Origin: an uncultured Candidatus Saccharibacteria bacterium
GTDB lineage: Bacteria > Patescibacteriota > JAQUNI01
Direction: 5' to 3'
DNA length: 64,000 bases
Assembly: GCA_964555185.1 (NCBI GenBank)
Contig: CAZKRD010000004.1
Location: forward strand, 755 to 64,754
Position numbers and translations under genes: made by a program. Numbering within the stretch: position 1 is the first letter of the stretch; each line of letters begins with the position of its first letter. Of the stretch, positions 40,540-48,334 are shown piece after piece. The notes beneath the pieces were generated by a model that saw nothing but the letters and a program-made list of their open reading frames with translations, did not search any database and had not been told where the DNA came from.

Positions 40540-41196
40540 ATGAATATTATCAAAATTAACCCAGCCAATCCTGATCCCAAAGTAATAGAAAAAGCCGCCC
40601 GAGTTATCCTCAAGGGCGGTTCTGTTGTTTTACCCACAGACACAGCTTATGGTTTGGCAGTCAATGCTTTGGATCGGAAAGCAGTGAAAAAGCTTTTTAG
40701 AATCAAAACCAGGGCGAAAAATAAGCCTCTGCCGGTTGCGGTTTTAGAGATAAAGCAGGCGCAAAAATTAGCTTTTTTTGATAGCCGGGCTTTGAGTTTG
40801 GCAAAAGAATTTTGGCCGAGCGCTTTGACCTTGGTCTTACGAAAGAAAGAAGTCGTGCCGAAAGAAGTTACTGGCTATGAAGAGACGATTGGTTTGCGGA
40901 TTCCTGATTCCAGGGTTTGTTTGACTCTTGCCGACAGGGCGCAAGTTCCGTATACTATAACTAGCGCTAACATAAGCGGAGGAGAAATTCCCTATTCTGT
41001 TTTGGAAGTGGTTAGGCAATTTGAGAATAGAAAGTGGCAACCCGATTTGATTTTAGACGGCGGGACTTTGGTTAAAATAAAGCCTTCAACAGTGGTTGAT
41101 TTGTCAGAAGAAGGTGAAATAAAAGTGTTAAGACAGGGAGAAGTAGAAATAAACGCAAAACGCAAAAATCAAATCTCAAAATGTAATCCAAAATAG
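40540..41196 (+). CDS. tsaC: L-threonylcarbamoyladenylate synthase (TsaC/Sua5/YrdC)
   Basis: PTDTAYGL, K.R...KPL, FWP..LT, RIPD, TSANISG, STVVD, LRQG. Confidence 0.92.
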   Translation: MNIIKINPANPDPKVIEKAARVILKGGSVVLPTDTAYGLAVNALDRKAVKKLFRIKTRAKNKPLPVAVLEIKQAQKLAFFDSRALSLAKEFWPSALTLVLRKKEVVPKEVTGYEETIGLRIPDSRVCLTLADRAQVPYTITSANISGGEIPYSVLEVVRQFENRKWQPDLILDGGTLVKIKPSTVVDLSEEGEIKVLRQGEVEINAKRKNQISKCNPK

Positions 41197-41270
41197 AAAA
41201 AGCCTCTATTAAATCCTTCTTTTTACATTTTGAATTTTCATTTTGCATTTTGACATTTGATTTTTGCATT
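41152..41270. repeat. Heptamer inverted-arm element (CAAAA family) overlapping the tsaC 3' end
   Basis: Left arm CGCAAAA CGCAAAA ATCAAAT CTCAAAA; right arm ATTTTGA ATTTTC ATTTTGC ATTTTGA. Confidence 0.7.
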
Positions 41271-41277
41271 GTCTATC

Positions 41278-42432
41278 ATGTCCATTTTTTTTGAAGATTA
41301 CTCGGTTAAGCACGCGCTAAAGCGCGAGATTACTGAATTATATATTTCAGTCGCGATCAAAAATTTTGCGGTTTCAATGATTGCGCTTTTTGAGCCGATT
41401 TATCTTTATGATAAATTAGGCCTCTCTCTGGCCGAGATTATGCTTTATTTCGCGGCTGTTTATACCTTGTATTTGTTCTTACTGCCGATTGGGGGCAAGA
41501 TCTGCGCCCGCTTTGGCTTTGAACATTCTATTCTTTATAGCGCGCCGATCAGTGTTCTCTATTTCAGCACGCTTTATTTTGCTGGCGAAACAAGGGCCTT
41601 GATCTACTTTGCTCCGGTTTTTTTGGCGGTTTACAAGGCCCTGTTCTGGCCTGCTTATCATGCTAATTTTGCTCGCTATACCAGCTTAGGCAAGCGGGGA
41701 AAACGGATCAGCCGCTTGGGCGCTTTGAATGCTTTGGTTATCGTTGCCGGCCCGCTCCTAGGAGGGATGCTGATTACCCTTTTCGGGTTTAATGTTTTGT
41801 TTATTATTGTTGCTGTTCTGATTTTGGTTTCCGTGATCCCTCTTTTTACCACTCAGGAGGTTTTCAAGCCGAGTTCTTTTGGCTACTTCCATGCCTTTGC
41901 CCGTCTTTTTAAGTCTTATTACCGACGTTATACTTTGGGTTTTATGGGTTATGCAGAGGAGCTGATTAAAGTGACGGTCTGGCCGATTTTTATCTTTGTG
42001 ATTTTGAAGAGTTATTTGAGCTTAGGCATACTTTCTTCAATGACGATTTTTTTGACCGCTGCTTTTGGTTTGTTGATTGGCCGGATTGTGGACAAGAAAG
42101 GCGGCAGGCAGATTCTGCGGTTTTCAACCATCGGATATTCCATTGTTTGGTTTGTCCGTTTGGCGGTGCAGAGCACAGTCGGGGTCTTTGTTGTTGACGG
42201 CCTGTCCCGGCTTTCGGGTCAGGGCGTGGGGATCCCGATGCAGACTTTGGTTTATGACAAAGGGACGGAAAGAGGGAATTTGAATTTCAGCGTCTTTTTT
42301 GAGATGGCTTTGGTTGTCGGCAAGATGCTGATTGCCTGGGTTTTGTTTTTCATTTTTTTGTACACCCAGAATGTCGGGATCGCCTTTATTTTGGGAGGGG
42401 TTTTGAGTTTATTATATCTTTTATTAAAATGA
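41278..42432 (+). CDS. MFS transporter
   Basis: About 12 TM segments, G...DK.G.R motif; ATG at 41278. Confidence 0.8.
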   Translation: MSIFFEDYSVKHALKREITELYISVAIKNFAVSMIALFEPIYLYDKLGLSLAEIMLYFAAVYTLYLFLLPIGGKICARFGFEHSILYSAPISVLYFSTLYFAGETRALIYFAPVFLAVYKALFWPAYHANFARYTSLGKRGKRISRLGALNALVIVAGPLLGGMLITLFGFNVLFIIVAVLILVSVIPLFTTQEVFKPSSFGYFHAFARLFKSYYRRYTLGFMGYAEELIKVTVWPIFIFVILKSYLSLGILSSMTIFLTAAFGLLIGRIVDKKGGRQILRFSTIGYSIVWFVRLAVQSTVGVFVVDGLSRLSGQGVGIPMQTLVYDKGTERGNLNFSVFFEMALVVGKMLIAWVLFFIFLYTQNVGIAFILGGVLSLLYLLLK

Positions 42433-42484
42433 CCGCAAGGTCAAATATTAAAGTGCTACTTTAAGGAGGATAGTAGTAAAATAA

Positions 42485-43729
42485 ATGGAGAATATTCTTA
42501 AAATGCAGGATCCGCCGGCTTTCCGTGCCCTGCAGGGTGAGATCCAAAGACAAAAGAATGGCATTGAATTGATTGCTTCAGAGAATTACGTGTCAAAAGC
42601 GGTTTTGGCGGCAATGGGTTCGGTTTTGACCAACAAATATTCCGAAGGTTATCCCGGGAAGCGCTATTATGGCGGCAATCAGTATATTGATCAGGCAGAA
42701 AAGCTCGCAATCCGGCGCGCCAAGCAGTTATTTGGCGCCGAACATGTTAATGTTCAGCCTTATTCTGGTTCGCCGGCAAATCTTGAGGTTTATTGGGCCT
42801 TGGTGCCTTTGGGGGGCAAGATCATGGGTTTAAGTCTAGCCCACGGCGGCCACTTAACCCACGGTCACAAAGTTAATTTCTCCGGCAAAGCTTACGAAGT
42901 GGCCTCTTACGGCGTGGAGCGGAGCGGCCGGATTTCTTATGCCAAGGTCCGAGCTTTGGCTAGAGAAGAAAAACCGGATTTGATTATTTCCGGCTATACC
43001 GCTTATCCGCGCAAGATTGATTTTAAAAAGTTCAAAGAAATCGGGGACGAGGTCGGCGCGATCTCAATGGCTGATATCTCGCATATCGCGGGTTTGATCG
43101 CGGCCGGCTTGCATCCCAATCCCGTTCCCTATTTTGACGTGGTTACAACCACGACCCACAAGACCCTGCGCGGACCGCGGGGGGCGATGATTATGTGTAA
43201 GCGCAAGTGGGCAAAAGCGATTGACCGCGCGGTTTTTCCGGGGATGCAGGGCGGGCCGCATAATCATATTAATCTTGCTAAAGCAGTTGCTTTTGGCGAG
43301 GCGCAAGAGCCGGAATTTAAAACCTATTGCCGCCAGATTATTAAGAATGCCAAAATCTTAGCTCGCGCTTTGATTGCTTTGAAATTTGATCTGGTGTCCG
43401 GAGGCACGGATACTCATTTGATGCTTCTCGATTTAACCAATAAAAAGATTACGGGCAAGCGGGCGGAGCACACTTTAGAGCAGGCCGGGATCACTTTAAA
43501 CAAAAACATGGTTCCCTTTGATCCCCGTTCGCCGTTCGATCCGTCAGGAGTCAGGATCGGGACGCCGGCTGTCACCAGCCGCGGGATGGCAGAACCCGAG
43601 ATGAAGAAGATCGCGGCCTGGATTGACCGCGCGATTAAAGCAAAGGGCCGCAAGGCAAGCTTAAAGAAGATCGCTCGCGAAATTAAGGATTTCTGCCAAG
43701 ATTTTCCCGTACCAGGGATTGATCAATAA
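42485..43729 (+). CDS. glyA: Serine hydroxymethyltransferase
   Basis: LIASEN, NKYSEGYPG.RYYGG, GGHLTHG, TTTHKTLRGPRG, SGVRIGT. Confidence 0.98.
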   Translation: MENILKMQDPPAFRALQGEIQRQKNGIELIASENYVSKAVLAAMGSVLTNKYSEGYPGKRYYGGNQYIDQAEKLAIRRAKQLFGAEHVNVQPYSGSPANLEVYWALVPLGGKIMGLSLAHGGHLTHGHKVNFSGKAYEVASYGVERSGRISYAKVRALAREEKPDLIISGYTAYPRKIDFKKFKEIGDEVGAISMADISHIAGLIAAGLHPNPVPYFDVVTTTTHKTLRGPRGAMIMCKRKWAKAIDRAVFPGMQGGPHNHINLAKAVAFGEAQEPEFKTYCRQIIKNAKILARALIALKFDLVSGGTDTHLMLLDLTNKKITGKRAEHTLEQAGITLNKNMVPFDPRSPFDPSGVRIGTPAVTSRGMAEPEMKKIAAWIDRAIKAKGRKASLKKIAREIKDFCQDFPVPGIDQ

Positions 43730-43755
43730 TCCAACCTTTTATTTAGATTATTTAG

Positions 43756-43793
43756 AGCAGGGGTTGAATATATTAAACCCCTGCTTTTATTTT
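43756..43793 (+). terminator. Putative intrinsic terminator of glyA
   Basis: AGCAGGGGTT...AACCCCTGCT followed by a T-rich tract. Confidence 0.65.
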
Positions 43794-44013
43794 AATTAAA
43801 AAACAGCCTTTTTTTTGGGCTCTTGCCAGCTTGTTTAGCTGCCTGGGCATTTTTCGTGCCATGCTCATCTGTGCCTGTGGAAAATAATACCTCCTCCCCC
43901 AAAACTTGGTGATACCGAGCCAAAACATCTGCCTGGATAATCTCCAAAGCAAATCCAACATGGGGAATCCGATTTGTATAAACAATACTGGTGGGAATAT
44001 AGAACTTTTTCAT
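43792..44013 (-). pseudogene. Truncated second metG (N-terminal ~70 aa only)
   Basis: KKFYIPTSIVYTNRIPHVGFALEIIQADVLARY...FSTGTDEHG, then similarity ends. Confidence 0.88.
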
Positions 44014-44060
44014 TAAATCCATTCTATCATATTTTTTGATAATTTCCAGTTGAAATAAAG

Positions 44061-44086
44061 AAGCGCTGACAATCTTGTCAGCGCTT
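44061..44086. terminator. Hairpin, likely terminator
   Basis: AAGCGCTGACAA-TC-TTGTCAGCGCTT. Confidence 0.5.
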
Positions 44087-44136
44087 ATTTTTGATATGTT
44101 TGACGTCGCAAGTTAAACATTGTATTTGTGAAGGTG

Positions 44137-44379
44137 CTACAATTCTTCTGGATTTTTAATGTACTGTACTACCCATCCTCCGACAATTATGGCAGCACCA
44201 GCAATAGCTCCCCAGATGAATACTTTATCGACTAGGCAGACAAGCGATAATATGATAAGAGCCGATCCAACTCTTTGCATAATGTCCCATGGTTGCTTCG
44301 TTGTGCGCCATAGAATCAAAGCAGCTACGAACAAAGAGGCAAATAACTTTGGCCAAGTGAACAGAAACATTGCTTTCAC
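44137..44379 (-). CDS. Small membrane protein
   Basis: 80-aa hydrophobic ORF with GTG start, preceded by AGGAG. Confidence 0.55.
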   Translation of the reverse strand: MKAMFLFTWPKLFASLFVAALILWRTTKQPWDIMQRVGSALIILSLVCLVDKVFIWGAIAGAAIIVGGWVVQYIKNPEEL

Positions 44380-44388
44380 CTCCTAGAA

Positions 44389-45078
44389 TTATTCTTTATG
44401 GACTATAACCACAAATTCTCCTCTTACCTTACCACTTTTTATTTTATTTGCAACCTCTGCTGGGGTGCCGCGGTAGGTTGTTTCAAATTTTTTGGTTAGT
44501 TCGCGGCAAACCATTATTTGTCGGGATTCTTCGCTAACGCTCAGAATGACAGCCAATTCATTAAGGGTTTTTAAAATTCTGTGCGGTGATTCATACAAAA
44601 TGACCGGGTATTTTGAAGCTACGACCTGTTCAAAAAACTTCTTGCGCTTGCGCTTGGCTGGCGGAAACCCTAAAAACAGAAACTTGTCCATTGGAAAACC
44701 GGAAATACTAGCTGCAGCTGTTACTGTCGACGGCCCAGACACCGGCATAATCTTCACACTATGTTTAAGGTCGGGTTGTAAACATTGTTTAATTAGTTTG
44801 TTGCCCGGGTCGGAGATGCCGGGCGTGCCGGCGTCAGAAACCAGGGCTAAATTCTTCCCTCTCTCTAAAAGTTTCAAAATATAGTCAACTTTTTTTAATT
44901 TGCTGTGCTGGTGATAAGAAAGCGTGGGAGTGACTATTTTATAGCGGCCTAACAATTTTTTAGTTACCCTGGTATCTTCGCACAAAATTAAATCAACCCC
45001 CTGCAACACTTCTAAAGCTCGGGGGCTGATTTCTTTGAGATTTCCAATCGGAGTCGCAACGATATATAGAATAGATAT
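44389..45078 (-). CDS. rsmI: Second, divergent rsmI; start codon is ATA (possible pseudogene)
   Basis: The frame extends upstream of 45009 as I-SILYIVATPIGNLKEISPRALEV, with an in-frame stop at 45082-45084; CEDTR, DAGTPGISDPG, YESPHR. Confidence 0.8.
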   Translation of the reverse strand: MSILYIVATPIGNLKEISPRALEVLQGVDLILCEDTRVTKKLLGRYKIVTPTLSYHQHSKLKKVDYILKLLERGKNLALVSDAGTPGISDPGNKLIKQCLQPDLKHSVKIMPVSGPSTVTAAASISGFPMDKFLFLGFPPAKRKRKKFFEQVVASKYPVILYESPHRILKTLNELAVILSVSEESRQIMVCRELTKKFETTYRGTPAEVANKIKSGKVRGEFVVIVHKE

Positions 45079-45101
45079 ATCTTAATATATCTTAATATAT
45101 C

Positions 45102-45325
45102 TTACAAAACTACTGCTTTTGCGTCTTTTCGCTTTTTCAGGAAATCCCTAAGAAATTCAAACAATATGCCGGCCAAAGGGATAGCCAGGAGCGCTCCTAA
45201 AAAGCCCCAGAGTTTTCCGCCAACAAACAAAGCAACCAGAACCAAAACCGGAGGGATGCCAATGAATTTCTTGCTTAAAATCGGCGTCAAGATACCACCT
45301 TCAATCTGCTGAATCAGAACAAAAA
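45102..45325 (-). pseudogene. C-terminal fragment of an AI-2E family transporter
   Basis: IQQIEG.ILTP......G.PP...L.....GG.LWG.LGALLAIP; N-terminus absent. Confidence 0.8.
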
Positions 45326-46008
45326 TTATTTTTGCATTCGCAACCATAAAAAGGCTTAATGGAAATCAGTAGTTCCGGCATAAATTCTTCACATTTCTGG
45401 TGTCGCAATTCCTGGAGATTTCTAATTTCTTCCGCACTTTCCCCTTTGTTTATGCAGGTTAAATCAGTTCCTCCTAATTTATTTTCCGACAACAGCTCCG
45501 CCACAATACAATCCTTATCAGCTGAGCAACTTTTATTTAACTCTGTGATTTTTTTGTTAATTTCATCAAGGAGATCCTCGCAATATGTTTTTATCTCTGC
45601 CTTCGGCTCTTCTTTAATCGGTGAGTAAGATATAACATTAATTGTTTTCCCTTCGGATCGACAGAAATACTCCTCAACAATGTTTCCTTCGATAGTTAAT
45701 GTCGTATTTTGAAGATTCCACAACTCATCTTCAAGTGGACCAATTAGACAATAAGTTTTTTCTCCCTCGATCTCTAAACCTAATTTTGTAAAAGGTTCAT
45801 TTCCAAAAACATAAACTCGTCCCGTTTTTGTAATTGTTGATGGTTTTTCATCTGCAGGAACCGAAGGAGCTTTCCCTTCTGGCGCTTCCAAATATTGCCA
45901 GGCTAAAATCCCTCCGGCCAAAAGTGTAACTAGAACAATAATAAAAATTCCTACAGGTGTAGAAATTCTTTTATTTGAAAATTTGGGTTGATTATCCATA
46001 AATTTCAC
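45301..46008 (-). CDS. Membrane-anchored hypothetical protein with Cys-rich C-terminus
   Basis: ISTP.GI.II N-terminal TM; C..D.DC and C.C..N.C motifs. Confidence 0.65.
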   Translation of the reverse strand: MKFMDNQPKFSNKRISTPVGIFIIVLVTLLAGGILAWQYLEAPEGKAPSVPADEKPSTITKTGRVYVFGNEPFTKLGLEIEGEKTYCLIGPLEDELWNLQNTTLTIEGNIVEEYFCRSEGKTINVISYSPIKEEPKAEIKTYCEDLLDEINKKITELNKSCSADKDCIVAELLSENKLGGTDLTCINKGESAEEIRNLQELRHQKCEEFMPELLISIKPFYGCECKNNFCSDSAD

Positions 46009-46167
46009 TTTTTAATTAAATGATTATTTCGACTTTTATAAAAATTTTCTTTTACAGTTCCGCTCTGCGGGACACAAAACCAAAAATTAAATTTTGACTG
46101 GAAAATCCCGTATAATTTGGTCGCCGAGCGAAGCGAGGCGACCTCCAAATCATTGACTTTTTCTCGG

Positions 46168-46217
46168 TGGTGCCGCGGGTGGGAGTTGAACCCACACGGG
46201 CTTGAGGCTCATACGAT
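46168..46217 (-). pseudogene. tRNA 3' half (Leu-like long variable arm); possible att remnant
   Basis: Minus strand ATCGTA-TGAGCCTCAAGCCCGT-GTGGGTTCAACTCCCAC-CCGCGGC-ACCA; no matching 5' half. Confidence 0.75.
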
Positions 46218-46234
46218 ATAGCATATTTATCAAT

Positions 46235-46324
46235 TGGTGGGGATGGAGGGATTTGAACCCTCACGGACTTTGAAAGCCCAATGGTTTTTGAAACCATCCT
46301 GTCTACCAGTTCCAGCACATCCCC
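46235..46324 (-). tRNA. tRNA-Leu(CAA)
   Basis: GGGGATG/CATCCCC acceptor stem with ACCA end; anticodon arm ATGGT-TTCAAAA-ACCAT; long variable arm; GGTTCAAATCC. Confidence 0.95.
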
Positions 46325-46334
46325 GTTCCTTTAA

Positions 46335-46380
46335 AATATATCTTTTTTCACTTGACTTTGTCAATTGGAGATTTTATGAT
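46335..46380. promoter_or_regulatory. Overlapping divergent promoters (parA / tRNA)
   Basis: Plus strand TTGACT-17-TATGAT (46352-46380); minus strand TTGACA at 46359-46364 facing the tRNA. Confidence 0.5.
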
Positions 46381-46422
46381 AAGATAGAAACAAAGCGAAT
46401 AGATTAAAACAAAAAGGATAAA

Positions 46423-47190
46423 ATGGCGCAAATCATTGCTTTGGTTAATCAAAAAGGAGGCGTGGGCAAGACCACAACCGCGGTTAATCTTGCTTCTTAT
46501 TTAGCTGATTTTGGCAAGAAGATTTTATTTTGCGATTTAGACCCGCAAGGCAATGCCACTTCGGGCTTAGGGATTAATAAGAAAGGGCTAAAACAAAACA
46601 TTTATGATGTTTTGTGCGGGCGGGCGGCTTTGTCCGATATTCTATATCAAAGCTCCTCTCCCGATATGCATATTGCGCCCGCCTCTTCTGATCTGGCTGG
46701 CGCTTCGATCGAATTGGTCTCTGTGCCCGAGCGCGAGTTTTTGTTAAAGAAATTTTTAGAGCCGGCAAAGCAAGACTACGACTATATCATTATTGATTCC
46801 CCTCCTTCTTTGGGAATTTTAACGATCAATGCCCTGACCGCTTGCCAGAGTGTTATGATTCCAGTCCAGTGTGAGTATTATGCCCTGGAAGGACTTTCTG
46901 AACTTCTTTACACCATTGATCTTGTCCAAAAGAACCTAAATCCTGATTTGAATATCTTGGGCATTGTTTTAACGATGCGGGATCGGAAAACGCGGATTGC
47001 CGCTGATGTGGTCTGCGAGGTCCAAAGGAACTTTCCGGACAAGGTTTTTGAGACAATCATTCCCCGTAATGTGAGATTGGCGGAAGCCCCGAGCTTTGGC
47101 CAGGCGATTTTAAACTACGAGCCGATGTGCAAGGGCGCGCGTGCTTACAAGCACCTGACAGAGGAGGTTATGGAGATGGGGGGAGAATAA
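46423..47190 (+). CDS. parA: ParA/Soj ATPase
   Basis: NQKGGVGKTT, DLDPQGNAT, D.PPSLG, PVQCEYYALEG, IPRNVRLAEAPS. Confidence 0.96.
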   Translation: MAQIIALVNQKGGVGKTTTAVNLASYLADFGKKILFCDLDPQGNATSGLGINKKGLKQNIYDVLCGRAALSDILYQSSSPDMHIAPASSDLAGASIELVSVPEREFLLKKFLEPAKQDYDYIIIDSPPSLGILTINALTACQSVMIPVQCEYYALEGLSELLYTIDLVQKNLNPDLNILGIVLTMRDRKTRIAADVVCEVQRNFPDKVFETIIPRNVRLAEAPSFGQAILNYEPMCKGARAYKHLTEEVMEMGGE

Positions 47191-47348
47191 TTCTTAATTC
47201 TTAATTCTTAATTTTTATTGAATTTTTAATGACCTAATTTTTAATTTTTAAACATCCTATTATTCCAAATTTATCTTGTTTAAAAATTAAATCATTAAAA
47301 ATTAAACATTGATTAAGAATTTAAAATTTAAAATTATAAATTCAAATT
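47189..47348. repeat. Empty heptamer inverted-arm element (AATTCTT/AATTTTT family) between parA and parB
   Basis: AATTCTT x3 and AATTTTT units on the left; AAAAATT/AAGAATT units on the right. Confidence 0.75.
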
Positions 47349-47349
47349 T

Positions 47350-48207
47350 ATGCAAAAACTTGGTTTGGGCAAGGGATTGTCCGCCTTAATTCCTAATAAA
47401 GTCGAGGAGACTGAAGACAAGGCACCCGTCTCGCAGTCGGGCAAGCAGATAATGCGAGAGATTGCGATTTCAGCGATTAAGCCTAATCCTAATCAGCCCC
47501 GTCAGAGGATTGAAGAAGATAAATTGCTGGAATTGGCTGATTCGATTAAGCTTTACGGCCTGCTTCAGCCATTGGTGATTGATCAGAACAACACCTTGAT
47601 CGCTGGTCAGCGGCGCTTGGAGGCGGCAAAGCTAGCCGGGCTGGAAAGGGTGCCGGCGGTTATTAGAGAGAGTGATATGAAGCAGAGCTTGGAGATGAGT
47701 TTGATTGAGAATGTACAGCGGGAGAATTTGAATCCGGTTGAACAGGCCTTGGGCTATAAGGCACTGGTTGACAAATTCGGCTTAAGTCATGTGGAGGTGG
47801 CAGAAAGAGTCGGAAAGAAGAGACCGACAATCAGCAATTATCTCCGTCTCCTAAAACTGCCGCTTACGATTCAAAAAGGATTAAGAGAAGGCATGCTTTC
47901 CGAGGATCAGGCCAAGGCGCTTTTAGAGGTTAGGAATCAGGAAAAACAGATGGTTTTTTACAGAAGAATTATCAAGGAGGGTTTAAACGGTGCAGATGCA
48001 AGAATACTTTTGCGGAAATATCGGAAGCGGCGGCCGCGCAAAAGGAAGCCGAGAGAACCGATTTTAGTAGAGGCGGAGGAGAAGCTTGAAGGATTTTTGG
48101 ACACGCGGGTTAAGGTTACCCGCGACGGCCGGATTGGAAAGATCTACATTGAATTTTATTCTCCGGAAGAACTTGAAGGGCTTTTGGAAAAGGTAATCAA
48201 GAAGTGA
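47350..48207 (+). CDS. parB: ParB/Spo0J partition protein
   Basis: GLGKGLSALIP, PNPNQPR, IAG.RR..A, ENVQRENLNP.E.A, HTH. Confidence 0.95.
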   Translation: MQKLGLGKGLSALIPNKVEETEDKAPVSQSGKQIMREIAISAIKPNPNQPRQRIEEDKLLELADSIKLYGLLQPLVIDQNNTLIAGQRRLEAAKLAGLERVPAVIRESDMKQSLEMSLIENVQRENLNPVEQALGYKALVDKFGLSHVEVAERVGKKRPTISNYLRLLKLPLTIQKGLREGMLSEDQAKALLEVRNQEKQMVFYRRIIKEGLNGADARILLRKYRKRRPRKRKPREPILVEAEEKLEGFLDTRVKVTRDGRIGKIYIEFYSPEELEGLLEKVIKK

Positions 48208-48334
48208 TTTTGGGTAACGATATCGTGTCGCGCAAAATAGTTAAAAAACAGCGTCTAATTAAAGGAAACAACAGATAGGTTAATCTCCTTTTAAGACGAA
48301 GACGCTTTTTTTAATCTTTAAATCCGTCAACCCG

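Noticed and set aside
46052-46318. 88-aa minus-strand ORF
   Set aside because: It overlaps tRNA-Leu and the tRNA fragment and is a translation of RNA genes.
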